Below are positions 54,795-64,000 of a stretch of 64,000 nt of DNA, piece after piece. The notes below the pieces were generated by a model. The model was not told the DNA's origin, made no database searches, and saw only the letters and a list, made by a program, of their open reading frames with translations. Position 1 is the first letter of the stretch. Each line of letters starts with the position of its first letter. Made by a program: the position numbers and the translations under genes. Location: positions 128,001 through 192,000 of the forward strand of contig OZ241362.1 of the NCBI GenBank assembly GCA_965200315.1. Reading direction: 5' to 3'. Source of the DNA: Candidatus Latescibacterota bacterium. GTDB lineage: Bacteria; Latescibacterota; UBA2968; UBA8231.

Positions 54795-55301
54795 ATGTCC
54801 ACAGAGCTAACAGGATCCGTAAAACCTTCGGTCTATATCGAGTCATCCATAGTCAGCTATTTGGCATCGCGGCCCAGCCGGGATGTAATCATAGCGGCTC
54901 GACAAGCGATTTCTCACGATTGGTGGAGCAATCACCGGTATCGGTTTGATCTTCGCATTTCTGCACTAGTCGAAGAAGAAATTTGCCGTGGGGATGACGA
55001 GGTGGCTAAACGGCGTCTGGGTTGGATAGCCGAGATTCCGACTTGAAGATATCGGACCAAGCTACTGAATTGGCAGGACAGTTGCTGGCTGAAGGGGTTA
55101 TTCCCACCAGGAGTAAAGACGACGCGTTGCACATCGCAATTGCCGCCGCTGTAGGGTGCAGATTTCCTCCTAACTTGGAATTTCCGTCATATCAACAACG
55201 CCGGAACAAAATCGGCTATTACAAGGGTTGCCGGATCATGTGGATTTGTATGTCCACACATCTGTTCACCTGAAGAACTCGGAGGAGGTTCAGATGATTG
55301 A
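54795..55301 (+). pseudogene. PIN/VapC-like toxin pseudogene (two frameshifts)
   Basis: VYIESSIVSYL..., then after a shift DDALHIAIAA, then after a second shift DFLLTWNFRHINN...ICSPEEL. Confidence 0.8.
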
Positions 55302-55467
55302 AGATCCCATTGTTGAGGAAATTCGCCAGCACCGTAAAGCCCATGCTGTCGAACATGGAAATGACCTTGGACGCATTGTTCAATCGCTCCGAAAGCGCGA
55401 ACGAGAATCTGATCGTCCGCTGCTAAATCCAGGGCCAAAGAAGCAATTAAGCCCAACCGAGAGCTGA
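55294..55467 (+). CDS. Small putative partner (antitoxin-like) of the PIN gene
   Basis: MIEDPIVEEIRQHRKAHA... with GGAGG SD; overlaps the PIN stop. Confidence 0.65.
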   Translation: MIEDPIVEEIRQHRKAHAVEHGNDLGRIVQSLRKRERESDRPLLNPGPKKQLSPTES

Positions 55468-55477
55468 TATTCGGCGG

Positions 55478-55549
55478 CTAAAAATCCGCGAATGCGCCGT
55501 CCCCTGGGTGGTGGCGCATCGTTCGCCGCCGTCAGGGACCACGGTGGGT
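55478..55549 (-). repeat. Diverged duplicate of the 3' end of the downstream dehydratase gene
   Basis: Reads THRGP*RRRTMRHHPGDGAFADF* versus THRGPWRQRTMRRHPEDGSFADF* at 56751-56822. Confidence 0.85.
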
Positions 55550-55631
55550 CTGATCGGGTCTTTGAGTTGGAATACATGCCATTTTAGCTGTGGCCGATCC
55601 TGAACGCGATATTCCAAGTACATGAAACGCT

Positions 55632-55673
55632 TTGACAAAATTTTTACAATATGTACGTTAAAGCTGTACATAT
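55632..55673 (+). promoter_or_regulatory. yefM-yoeB promoter/operator
   Basis: TTGACA at 55632-55637 and the perfect inverted repeat ATATGTAC (55649-55656) / GTACATAT (55666-55673), with a TGTAC core like known YefM operators. Confidence 0.7.
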
Positions 55674-55686
55674 CACGGAAAATCAA

Positions 55687-55977
55687 GTGACCACCGTTAC
55701 AACTTATACCCAAGCCCGAGCCGAACTCGCAGCGCTATGCGACGAAGTTGCCTCCACGCGCGAGCCGGTGATTATACGGCGGCGTAATGCTGAAGATGTC
55801 GCGCTGGTTTCAGCCGACGAATTAGCTAGCCTTCTCGAGACTGCTCATCTCCTCAGATCGCCCAAAAACGCCCAACGCCTTCTCGCGGCTATTAACCGCG
55901 CACAGAGCCGGGTGCTGTCGCCTTCTTCCGTAGAAGAGCTCCGCAGAGAACTCGGTCTTGTCGAAAAAGAAAAATAA
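55687..55977 (+). CDS. yefM: Phd/YefM antitoxin
   Basis: TYTQARAEL, PVIIRRR and SLLETAHLLRSPKNAQRL. Confidence 0.9.
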   Translation: MTTVTTYTQARAELAALCDEVASTREPVIIRRRNAEDVALVSADELASLLETAHLLRSPKNAQRLLAAINRAQSRVLSPSSVEELRRELGLVEKEK

Positions 55978-56260
55978 AAGAAAGGGTGCTCCCGCCACTC
56001 GCGAGTGGATAGGGGTATTTCATCCTGAGTTCGTTGAAGATCTGCGTTATTGGGTACATACTAATCGCAAAATAACTCTCCGCGCTTTTGATCTGATACA
56101 GGCCGTACTCCGCGCCCCATTTTCAGGTATCGGCAAACCCGAACCCCTCAAATACTTACCGTCGGGAACTTGGTCGCGGCGTCTTACGGAGCAACATCAC
56201 CTAGTGTATATGGTAAGTGAAGGACGTATAGATTTCCTACAGGCACGCTACCATTACTGA
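55958..56260 (+). CDS. yoeB: Txe/YoeB toxin
   Basis: EDLRYW, PFSGIGKPEPLKY, WSRRLT and ARYHY. Confidence 0.92.
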   Translation: MSKKKNKRKGAPATREWIGVFHPEFVEDLRYWVHTNRKITLRAFDLIQAVLRAPFSGIGKPEPLKYLPSGTWSRRLTEQHHLVYMVSEGRIDFLQARYHY

Positions 56261-56391
56261 TTCCGGCTCAGTCAGCTTTTTTGTCTCGGCAGACCTCGGA
56301 CGGTCTGGTGCAAATGCGTCGGGGCGAAGACAGATTAAGGTCAAGTGCTATCAGCCGCAGGTAGTGTGATAAAATCGAGATACGGAATCCC

Positions 56392-56715
56392 TTACTCCCC
56401 CGCGCCTGCGCCATCTCTAGACCATATTGCAAGGGACGAAGAGGAAGTCGGGATTCTGGCCGAAAACTCAACCGGCTGTTTTTGGAGAGGTTTAAAAGAA
56501 CCTTGAACCTGTTTGTTCAAGGCGGCAGCGATTCGCCGAAGCACATCAAGTGAGTCCCCTTCGTAATCTGCGTTTTCAAGTTTACATATCACAGATACCG
56601 ACGTACCGCTTTTTGGGGCCAATGCCCGTTGGGATAGGTCAAGTTGGGTTCTGAATTGATAAAGTTCAGCAGCGACTTCGGCGCACAGCCGTTCTTCTTT
56701 TGTGAGAGTTTCCAT
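56392..56715 (-). CDS. XRE-family HTH protein (HigA-like), possibly truncated or orphan
   Basis: LSQRALA..GTSVSVICKLENADYEG..LDVLRRIAAAL; ATG 56715. Confidence 0.65.
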   Translation of the reverse strand: METLTKEERLCAEVAAELYQFRTQLDLSQRALAPKSGTSVSVICKLENADYEGDSLDVLRRIAAALNKQVQGSFKPLQKQPVEFSARIPTSSSSLAIWSRDGAGAGE

Positions 56716-56750
56716 TTCCGAATCGCCCTCAACATAGCACTTATTATCTG

Positions 56751-57890
56751 CTAAAAATCCGCGAATGAGCCGTCCTCGGGGTGGCGGCGCATCGTCCGCT
56801 GCCGCCAGGGGCCGCGATGAGTAGCCGCTTCTAACCCCTCTAAGTCGATCTCCACGCCTAGCCCCGGCCCGCGGGGCAATTCCACGAATCCATCCTTCAT
56901 GTGCAAAGGTTCGGTGAAAAACCCTTCGCCGCCACCACCGCCGTATTCCATGATGAGGAAGTTGGGTGTGCCGGCCATCGCGTGCATGGAGGCGACGATG
57001 CCGAGGGGGTCGGCGGCGTTGTGGGGCGCGACGGCTATTTCGTGGACTTCGGCTAGGGCGGCAATTTTCTTCATTTCGAGGATGCCGCCGCAGTGGCGGA
57101 TATCGGGTTGGACGATGGCCGCAGCCTTGCGCTCGCACAGTTCGCGGAAGCCCCAGCGGGTGGCGCAGCGCTCGCCGGTGGCGATGGGGATACAGGTCGA
57201 GCGCGTCAGTTCTAGCAGGGGGCCGATATTGTCGGTGGAACGGGTCGGCTCCTCGACGAAGAGCGGCTTGAGTGGCTCGAGTTCGTTCAGGAGTACTTTG
57301 GCCAAGGCCGGGCTGGTAGCGCGGTGGAAGTCAATGGCAATGTCGATAGCCGGGCCGACGGCTTCGCGCATGGCCGCCATGAGGGACACGACTCGCTCGA
57401 TCCCCGCCGGGGTTTCGATGGGGCGCACGGGAGTGGGGAAGGGGGTGGTTTTGAGCGCTGTAAAGCCTTGTTCGACGCACTGGCGGGCGGCTTGGGCGGC
57501 TTGCTCTGGGGTGGGACCCCCAGCGGCTCCATAGACGCGGATTCTCTCGCGCACTGATCCGCCTAATAGCTGCCACACGGGTAAGTTAGCGGTTTTTCCT
57601 AACAGGTCCAGACAGGCCATTTCTATACCGCTGAGGGCGGCCAACAGGATCGGCATCTGGCGGGAATAGCTGGAGCGGTAGAGCGTCTGCCAGTGGTCTT
57701 CGATTTGCAGGGGATCGCGGCCGATCAGGTAATCGCCCATGTCGAGGATGGCCCGCTCCACCGTGCGGCCGTGTTCGTAGTTCATGGGGGAACCCAGACC
57801 GGTGAGGCCGGCGTCGGTTTCGACTTGGAGCAAGAGGCCGCGATTGTTGAGGGGCGCGACGTCGAAGCGGGTAATTTTCATTGCAGCCAC
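56751..57890 (-). CDS. Enolase-superfamily acid-sugar dehydratase (galactonate dehydratase-like)
   Basis: LLGGSVRERIRVY, IDFH, FVEEP, ATGER, QPD and APHN. Confidence 0.9.
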   Translation of the reverse strand: MAAMKITRFDVAPLNNRGLLLQVETDAGLTGLGSPMNYEHGRTVERAILDMGDYLIGRDPLQIEDHWQTLYRSSYSRQMPILLAALSGIEMACLDLLGKTANLPVWQLLGGSVRERIRVYGAAGGPTPEQAAQAARQCVEQGFTALKTTPFPTPVRPIETPAGIERVVSLMAAMREAVGPAIDIAIDFHRATSPALAKVLLNELEPLKPLFVEEPTRSTDNIGPLLELTRSTCIPIATGERCATRWGFRELCERKAAAIVQPDIRHCGGILEMKKIAALAEVHEIAVAPHNAADPLGIVASMHAMAGTPNFLIMEYGGGGGEGFFTEPLHMKDGFVELPRGPGLGVEIDLEGLEAATHRGPWRQRTMRRHPEDGSFADF

Positions 57891-58861
57891 GCCTTGACCC
57901 GGGGGTGGGCGAGTACCTCTGGGTTGAGGATGTATTCGGGCTGGCGGCCGGCGATGGCGGCTGAGACTTGCTCGATGCCCTTGGCGTCGAGACGCATGGT
58001 GGATTCGACCGTAATGCCGGCGTTGTGGTTGGTGCAGATGATGCGCGGGTGATCCTTGTGGATGGCGCGGGTGTCGTTGACTGGATCGTCAACCACGTAG
58101 TAATAGAGCTTTTCCTCTTCGATGGCGCGGTGGACGTCCTCGTCGTTGACGAGGTTGCCCCGCGAGGGATTGATTAGCGAGGCGTGGGGCTGCATCAGGC
58201 TGAGCAGATCGTAGCCGACGATGGTGTCGTCGCCCGAGACGTGGAGCGAGACCGTGTCGCACTCGCGAAAGAGCGTTTGGGGCGAGTCGGCGACTTCGGC
58301 CCCGTATTGGGCGGCGATGTCGGCGATGTCGGGGCGGGTGTCGTACACGAGCAGGCGACCGCCCTCGCCCAAGAGCGGCACGGTGCGCTGGGCCACCTCT
58401 TGGCCGATGCGGCCGCAGCCGTACAGGCCGAGGGTGGTGTGTTGGGCCTCATAGGTGCGGATGATGGAGAAGTCGCCTCGGTGGGAAAGGTAATTGAGGG
58501 TATAGACCCGCTTGAGGGTGGCCATCCACTGAGCGATGGCGTATTCGGCAACCGCGTCCATGTGAACCGGCGTCACGGTGATGATTACGCCGTGGCGGGT
58601 AGCCGCTGGGACATTGACCTTGTCAAAGCCCACGCCCCAACGGGCGACGATGCGCAAATCCTTGGCCGCCGCGTAAAATTCGTCCGTATAGACCGATGAA
58701 CTGGCGATAGAGGCGATTAGGTCGGGCGCGTGTTCGGCCGTGAGAACGGCTGGCTCCGGGATAATGGCGCCCAAGGAGCGGAGCTTTGCGAGGCCCTGCT
58801 CGCGCTCACTGGAGGCGAATTCGGCGTTTTGGAACTGGGCGGTGAGCATGATGTTCGGCAT
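57878..58861 (-). CDS. D-isomer-specific 2-hydroxyacid dehydrogenase
   Basis: ARWGVGFDKV, VAEY, GCGRIG, INPSRG and TNHNAG. Confidence 0.88.
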   Translation of the reverse strand: MPNIMLTAQFQNAEFASSEREQGLAKLRSLGAIIPEPAVLTAEHAPDLIASIASSSVYTDEFYAAAKDLRIVARWGVGFDKVNVPAATRHGVIITVTPVHMDAVAEYAIAQWMATLKRVYTLNYLSHRGDFSIIRTYEAQHTTLGLYGCGRIGQEVAQRTVPLLGEGGRLLVYDTRPDIADIAAQYGAEVADSPQTLFRECDTVSLHVSGDDTIVGYDLLSLMQPHASLINPSRGNLVNDEDVHRAIEEEKLYYYVVDDPVNDTRAIHKDHPRIICTNHNAGITVESTMRLDAKGIEQVSAAIAGRQPEYILNPEVLAHPRVKAWLQ

Positions 58862-58886
58862 GGTGATTCCTTTCTACTGCAATGGG

Positions 58887-59747
58887 TTAATCGACTTCAC
58901 TTGCGGCCGGAATTGAATCCATGGCCCCTAGGCGGGTGACGCACAGGGCCGCAGCCTGTACTGCGCGGGTCATGGCGTCTCCCGCGGTCAGGCCAGCGGT
59001 CAAGCCGTGTAGAAAATAGCCGATGAAGGTGTCGCCCGCCCCCGTTGTATCTATCGCTTCGACAGGCGGTGCTGGAAGGTGGAATTTTTCGGTTGGGGAG
59101 CGGTACTGGGCACCAGCATCTCCCAGCGTGAGCGCGATCTGGGCATGGGGGCAAAGCGCGGCCAGTGCATCAAGATCGGATGAGCCGGCAAGGCCGGTGG
59201 CCTCGGTTTGGTTGACGATGAGCAAATCAACCCATTTGAGGGGATACGCGCAGACCTCTGGGCCAAAGGGCGCGGGGTTTAAGCAGATCGTCAAGCCTCG
59301 CTCGGCGGCTGCGGCGATAATGTAAGCAACGTCGTTTATTTCGTTCTGCAAGAGGAGGATATCTCCTCGGTCAAAATGGGACAGCGCGGCGTCTATTGCC
59401 CGTTTGTCTATTTGGGCATTAGCCCCGGCAAAGAGGACGATGCTGTTTTGGCCGTGGCGGTCCACTTGGATAATGGCGTGTCCGGTAGGTACGTCGCCGA
59501 CGCGGATGTGCTGCACATCCACGCCCAGCCCAGCTAATTTATCGACCAGCCATTGCCCGTCTGGCCCGACTTGACCGGCGTGAAAGACGTACGCACCGGC
59601 GCGGGCAAGGGCGGCTGATTGATTCGCGCCCTTGCCGCCGGCAAAGACTTGGTGGGACGAGCTGGCGATGGTCTCGCCCGGGTGGGCGATGTGCTCGACG
59701 CGATAGACGAGGTCGATGTTGAGCGAGCCGAAGTTGAGGATGTTCAT
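58887..59747 (-). CDS. rbsK: Ribokinase (PfkB family)
   Basis: GSLNID, GGKGANQ, LQNE and DTTGAGDTF. Confidence 0.88.
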   Translation of the reverse strand: MNILNFGSLNIDLVYRVEHIAHPGETIASSSHQVFAGGKGANQSAALARAGAYVFHAGQVGPDGQWLVDKLAGLGVDVQHIRVGDVPTGHAIIQVDRHGQNSIVLFAGANAQIDKRAIDAALSHFDRGDILLLQNEINDVAYIIAAAAERGLTICLNPAPFGPEVCAYPLKWVDLLIVNQTEATGLAGSSDLDALAALCPHAQIALTLGDAGAQYRSPTEKFHLPAPPVEAIDTTGAGDTFIGYFLHGLTAGLTAGDAMTRAVQAAALCVTRLGAMDSIPAASEVD

Positions 59748-59754
59748 TAATTAT

Positions 59755-60342
59755 CTACGCCGGCTGTGTTGCCTGTTTATTTGGATTGTTTTCATCCCAT
59801 TTCCAGTTCAACGGGTTGCTTTGAATATAGACGCGGATGGTATCCAATGATTTTTCATTTCGGATGATGTGGTCGTAGAAGGACCGTTGCCATATCCGTT
59901 TTTCAAATGGCGGCAGAGCGCCAAATCTCACCTTTTGAATATACTCATTAGTGGCCATGGTCTTGAACCATTGAATCATTTCTTGTAGGGGCGAACCTGG
60001 GGGTTCGCCTTGTTTTGTAGATTTGTTCAATGTCGTGGTGGGCAGACACGTAGGTCTGCCCCTACGGTGGATATTCGAGGGTGGGCCTACGATTGCGACG
60101 ATGCCGTGAAGATGATTGGGCATGATCACGTATTCATCCAATTCGCTATTGGGAAACTTGTTTTTTATTTCGTTCCACCAATGATCAATGATTTTTCCCG
60201 CCTCATTCAAAATCATGTCGTCTTCTACAATTTTGCCAAACAGACATTGCCTATTTTGCGTACAAATCGTCACAAAATAGTACCCTATTTGGGAATAATC
60301 GTAATTATGTAACCTGTTCCGCTTTCTATTCTGTCCATTCAT
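59755..60342 (-). mobile_element. REP-associated tyrosine transposase (RAYT, Y1 HUH family)
   Basis: YDYSQIGYYFVTICT, MPNHLHGI (HUH) and WQRSFYDHIIR..YIQSNP; flanked by GTAG-type palindromes. Confidence 0.9.
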
Positions 60343-60750
60343 AAATCGTCTATTTCGTTTTGGGACAGACACGTAGGTCTGTCCCTACGTTTTCGTATAT
60401 CGTCGTTTTCATGTGTATGGTTTATTTTTTGTAGGGTCGAACCGATGTGTTCGCCCTTTTATCCGTTGTTCCCATCTATTCGTTACATAGATCGTCTATT
60501 TTGTTTTGGTACAGATAGATAGGTCTGTCCCCCGTTTTCGTATATCGTCGTTTTCATGTGTATGGTTTATTTTTTTGTAGGGTCGAACCGATGTGTTCGC
60601 CCTTTTATCCGTTGTTCCTATCTATTCATTACATAGATTGTCTATTTTGTTTTGGTACAGATAGATAGGTCTGTCCCTACGTTTTCGTATATCGTCGTTT
60701 TCATGTGTATGGTGTAGGGGTGAACCGATGTGTTCGCCCTTTTATCCGCT
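60340..60750. repeat. About 2.8 tandem copies of a 146-bp unit, each with two REP palindromes
   Basis: Units start at 60340, 60486 and 60632. Each has GG(G/T)ACAGA..TAGGTCTGTCCC(TAC) and GTAGGG..GAACCGATGTGTTCGCCCT. Confidence 0.9.
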
Positions 60751-60751
60751 C

Positions 60752-61492
60752 TTAGGCCGTTGCTTCGCGGTACGCGGCTTGTACCGCCGCTTCCAAAAAC
60801 CGCATGTCGTTGCTGAAGTCAATGAACTGGAAGCCCTCGGCGACGCGCCGCTTGACTTCGGCCGAGTCCTTGACCGGGATGCCGCTGGGTTTGCCGGCTT
60901 GGGCGCAGCTAGCGCGAAACGCCTGCAAGGCGGCCTCGTGGTCGGGGTGGCCGGCAGCCACGCCCATGGACATGGCCAAGTCGCCCGGCCCAAGGAAGCC
61001 GATATCGACGCCTTCGACGCGGGCGATGGCCTCGGCGTTTTCAATGCCCTCTATGTCCTCGATTTGCGGGATGCAGAGGACGGCGTCGTCAAAGCGCTGG
61101 CGATAGTCCGGGGCCAACGTGACGCAGCGGCCCGTACCCACCGACCGATTGCCGTGCGGTGGGTAGCGCACGGCTTGGGCTAGTTTTTCGGCCTGCTGCG
61201 GGGTGCTCACGTGCGGGAAGACCAAGCCCCAAGCCCCGGCGTCGAGTAGGCGGGCGGCCGTAGTCGGGTCGTGGTCCCAAGCGCGGGCCAAGGGCAGGGC
61301 ACCCCGCGCCTCAATGGCGCGGAAGGTATGGGCGATGTGGCCGAGGTCAAAGGCCGAGTGCTCGGCATCAACCACTAGCCATTGGAACCCGGCCGCGGCG
61401 AGGACTTCGGCGGCTAACGGTGAGGTTAGGTTGAGCCAGGAGCCGATGGAGGGTTGCCCGGCGGCAAGTTGTTCTTTGATAGGATTTTGCAC
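60752..61492 (-). CDS. HpcH/HpaI-family aldolase
   Basis: VDAEHS, LDAGAWG, YPPHGNR, QIE and GPGDL; GTG start at 61492 after GAGG. Confidence 0.9.
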   Translation of the reverse strand: MQNPIKEQLAAGQPSIGSWLNLTSPLAAEVLAAAGFQWLVVDAEHSAFDLGHIAHTFRAIEARGALPLARAWDHDPTTAARLLDAGAWGLVFPHVSTPQQAEKLAQAVRYPPHGNRSVGTGRCVTLAPDYRQRFDDAVLCIPQIEDIEGIENAEAIARVEGVDIGFLGPGDLAMSMGVAAGHPDHEAALQAFRASCAQAGKPSGIPVKDSAEVKRRVAEGFQFIDFSNDMRFLEAAVQAAYREATA

Positions 61493-61721
61493 GAGATACC
61501 TCAGCTTGTGGAAGAAATTGCGTTTGAGATCCGAGGGCTGGCCGCGAAAGCCTCGTCTCCGAAGGCGCGGTATGCCTACACCTCGATCAGTTCGTACTTC
61601 GCTACCTTTTTGCCGCGCCGCCCCCCGAAACTGCGATAGGGCCTCCTTGACGCGCACCTTATGAAGTGTACTGCCGCCAAAACGTCGATTTACCCACAGG
61701 CTGCTAGCGCGGCGAAAGGCC

Positions 61722-62858
61722 CTAGCCGGCAGCAATCAGCTCATCAACTTGGTCTTTGAGCACATCGAGAACCTCGTCGTACGGGAACTGGCCGATGAGT
61801 TGGGGGCCGCGCTTGAGGTTGACGAAGTTGGGGGCACACCAAAGCCCTAAGTCGGCGTCGTCGGTCTCGCCCGGGCCGTTGACCCGGCAGCCCATGACGG
61901 CGATGGTGAGCTGGTGGTCGCGGGCGTAGGCGGTTAGGTCGCGCACTTGGTGCGCTAGGTCAATGAAGGCTTCGTTTTCCACCCGCGAGCAGGAGGGGCA
62001 GGAGATGATGTTCAGCCCGGCCGGGAGCAACTTGGGGACTGAGCGGAAGCGGCCCGAGTAAATGTCGTCGAGAATCTGCCGCCCGACTTTGATCTCTTCG
62101 CCCTTGTCGTCAAACGGCAAGGTCAGGGAGACGCGAATGGTGTCGCCCATGCCGGCGCTGATGAGCTGTTCAAAGGCAATGCGGGTCTTGATCACGCCTT
62201 CGGGGGGCATCCCGGCCTCGGTGACGCCGAGGTGCAGCGGCACATCGGGTCGCTGGCGGGCAAATCGGGTGTTGGCGGCAATGACCTTGGCCGGATCGGA
62301 GTCCTTGAGCGAGACGCAATAGCGCGTAAAGCCCAAGCTGTCGAGCAGCTCGCAGTGCTCTAAGGCCGAGGCGATCATGGGCGAGATAGAGTCCTCGGGC
62401 GGAAAGCGCTCGGCTTGGGCCGGATCGACCGAGCCGCAGTTGACCCCCACGCGCAGGGCGCAATCGTGCCGGGCGGCCTCGTCGGCAATAAAGGCGACCT
62501 TGTCGGCGACTGGCTTGTCTTTTTCGTGGTGGTAGAGGTGCCCGGGGTTGTAGCGGATTTTCTGTACGTGTGGTGCCACGCGGCGCACCAGCCGGTAGTT
62601 TTCTTGCAGATCCACGGACAGCGGCACGTCAACGGTAGGCGCGATTTGGGCGAGGGCCTCCACGTCTTTTTTGCTATCTACGGCGATGCGGATGACGTCC
62701 GCCCCGGCCTCGGCTAAAAGCCGGAGTTGGCGGATGGTGGCCTCTGTGTCTTGGGTGCGGGTAGCGGCCATGCTTTGCACGGCAATGGGGTGGGCACCGC
62801 CAATGGTCGTGCGGCCGATTTGCACCTCGCGGGTGGGATTTCTCGTCGTTGAATTCAT
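61722..62858 (-). CDS. ispG: HMBPP synthase IspG
   Basis: [43 protein letters not shown] and [10 protein letters not shown]. Confidence 0.95.
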   Translation of the reverse strand: MNSTTRNPTREVQIGRTTIGGAHPIAVQSMAATRTQDTEATIRQLRLLAEAGADVIRIAVDSKKDVEALAQIAPTVDVPLSVDLQENYRLVRRVAPHVQKIRYNPGHLYHHEKDKPVADKVAFIADEAARHDCALRVGVNCGSVDPAQAERFPPEDSISPMIASALEHCELLDSLGFTRYCVSLKDSDPAKVIAANTRFARQRPDVPLHLGVTEAGMPPEGVIKTRIAFEQLISAGMGDTIRVSLTLPFDDKGEEIKVGRQILDDIYSGRFRSVPKLLPAGLNIISCPSCSRVENEAFIDLAHQVRDLTAYARDHQLTIAVMGCRVNGPGETDDADLGLWCAPNFVNLKRGPQLIGQFPYDEVLDVLKDQVDELIAAG

Positions 62859-63075
62859 GTCCCAAAAGTTAAACCCGAGGTTCTGTTTGTCAAAGGAAGG
62901 AGGCGCAGCGGGGTACGCTCTCTTGCTGGAAACGCGCCTCTTGGTGTATTTGTGTATGGTGCAGGGCATTCAATTGATTAAGGAGCTTTTACAGTGAAGG
63001 TATTGGTGCTAGAAGCCGGTAGGTTTGTGGGAAGCGGGCTAGGATCGGCGCTGGCGCAGGGAGACGGGCGCGACC

Positions 63076-64000
63076 GTGCCGCCTACTAAAGTGCCCCAGG
63101 CAAGGCCCTGTATCCCCGAGGCGGATGTGGCCGCGCTGCTCGAGGATTTTGCCGCTATTCTCCGCAGCGGACGCCTGACGCTGGGGCCGTACTTGGAGCG
63201 GTTTGAGCAGGATTTTGCCGCGTGTGTGGGCGCAGAACACGCCGTGGGCATGAGCTCGGGGACTGCGCCGTTGGAAGTGGCCTTGCGCCATTGGGGGGTT
63301 GAGGGGCAGGAGGTCGTGGTGCCGACGAATACGTTTATAGCCTCGTCCAACGCCGCGCTGTTGGCCGGCGGGCGGCCCGTCCTCTGCGACATTGACCCCC
63401 AGACCCTGTCGAGCGGCCTGCCGCAGATCGAAGCACAGGTCGGGGAAAAGACGCGAGCCGCAGTCGTGGTCCACATCGCTGGGCTAATCGCGCCCGACAT
63501 TGAGGCCATTCGCTCGTTTTGCCGTGCGCGCGGGCTGTTGCTGCTCGAAGACGCGGCCCACGCCCACGGCGCTAGAGCCGATGGCCAGCCGGCCGGGAGT
63601 TTGGGCGATGCTGCGGCCTTTTCCTTTTTTCCGACCAAGCCACTGACGACGGGCGAGGGAGGCATGTTGAGTACCAACGACCGCGATTTGGCAGACTTTG
63701 CGCGGAGCTTCCGCACGCACGGGGTAAGCGCCAAGGGCCGCTCGTTGGAGCGCTTGGGCAACAACTACCGCTTGCCCGAGCTGAGCGCGGCCCTCGGTTT
63801 GCGGCAATTGGCGCGGCTGGCCGAGCACATCGCCGAGCGCAACCGCCTCGCCACCTGCTACCGGTGTGCGCTCGTGCGCTTGGGGTGGGGCGAGGTGCTC
63901 TTGCCGGAATTCGCTGGCCGAATACACGCTTACTACAAGTTTCCAGTGCGCTTGCCCGCCGGGAAAAGGCGCGAATGGGTGGTCGCCGAGTTGCGTACGC
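63076..64000 (+). CDS. DegT/DnrJ/EryC1/StrS sugar aminotransferase, 3'-truncated by the window edge
   Basis: Frame +1 reads FEQDFA, MSSGTA, VPTNTFIAS, EDAAHAHG, FSFFPTKPLTTGEGG and GNNYRL; missing from the ORF track because it runs off the end. Confidence 0.92.
   Translation, partial: MPPTKVPQARPCIPEADVAALLEDFAAILRSGRLTLGPYLERFEQDFAACVGAEHAVGMSSGTAPLEVALRHWGVEGQEVVVPTNTFIASSNAALLAGGRPVLCDIDPQTLSSGLPQIEAQVGEKTRAAVVVHIAGLIAPDIEAIRSFCRARGLLLLEDAAHAHGARADGQPAGSLGDAAAFSFFPTKPLTTGEGGMLSTNDRDLADFARSFRTHGVSAKGRSLERLGNNYRLPELSAALGLRQLARLAEHIAERNRLATCYRCALVRLGWGEVLLPEFAGRIHAYYKFPVRLPAGKRREWVVAELRT

Noticed and set aside
61493-61721. Possible riboswitch or small gene between ispG and the aldolase
   Set aside because: No recognisable aptamer, terminator or well-supported ORF.
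62989-63927. Minus-strand ORFs of 147-241 aa
   Set aside because: Shadow ORFs antisense to the DegT-family aminotransferase on the + strand.

Overview
GC-rich bacterial chromosome segment; porin, TonB-receptor and lipoprotein genes suggest a diderm. Bases 1-19678 hold the end of a CRISPR-Cas locus: truncated cas1, cas2, a ~260-bp leader and one ~18.6-kb array of roughly 245-250 copies (estimated from the ~75-bp period) of a 37-nt repeat ending in ATTGAAAC. Many spacers fall into families antisense to the same coding motifs or to SD+start regions, which points to an RNA-targeting (type III-like) system repeatedly hitting one phage clan. The rest is mostly housekeeping: HAD, SDRs, a murG-HEAT fusion with mraY, recG, aspartate kinase, qor, an S1 protein with trpBA, glgC, a full porin-pstSCAB-phoU-phoBR operon, sugar-acid catabolism genes, ispG and a DegT aminotransferase. 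Two AT-richer inserts interrupt it. One is an ABC/AAA ATPase plus PIN nuclease pair (37221-39053). The other is a defence/TA islet (50.7-56.7 kb) led by two dynamin-like GTPases, the first ending in a NusA-type KH1-KH2 RNA-binding module. This Eleos/LeoABC-like pair with an integrated NusA-KH domain is the best candidate for an undescribed system. A REP-associated tyrosine transposase with a 146-bp REP tandem array lies at 59.7-60.75 kb. All calls rest on motif reading by eye; no searches were run.
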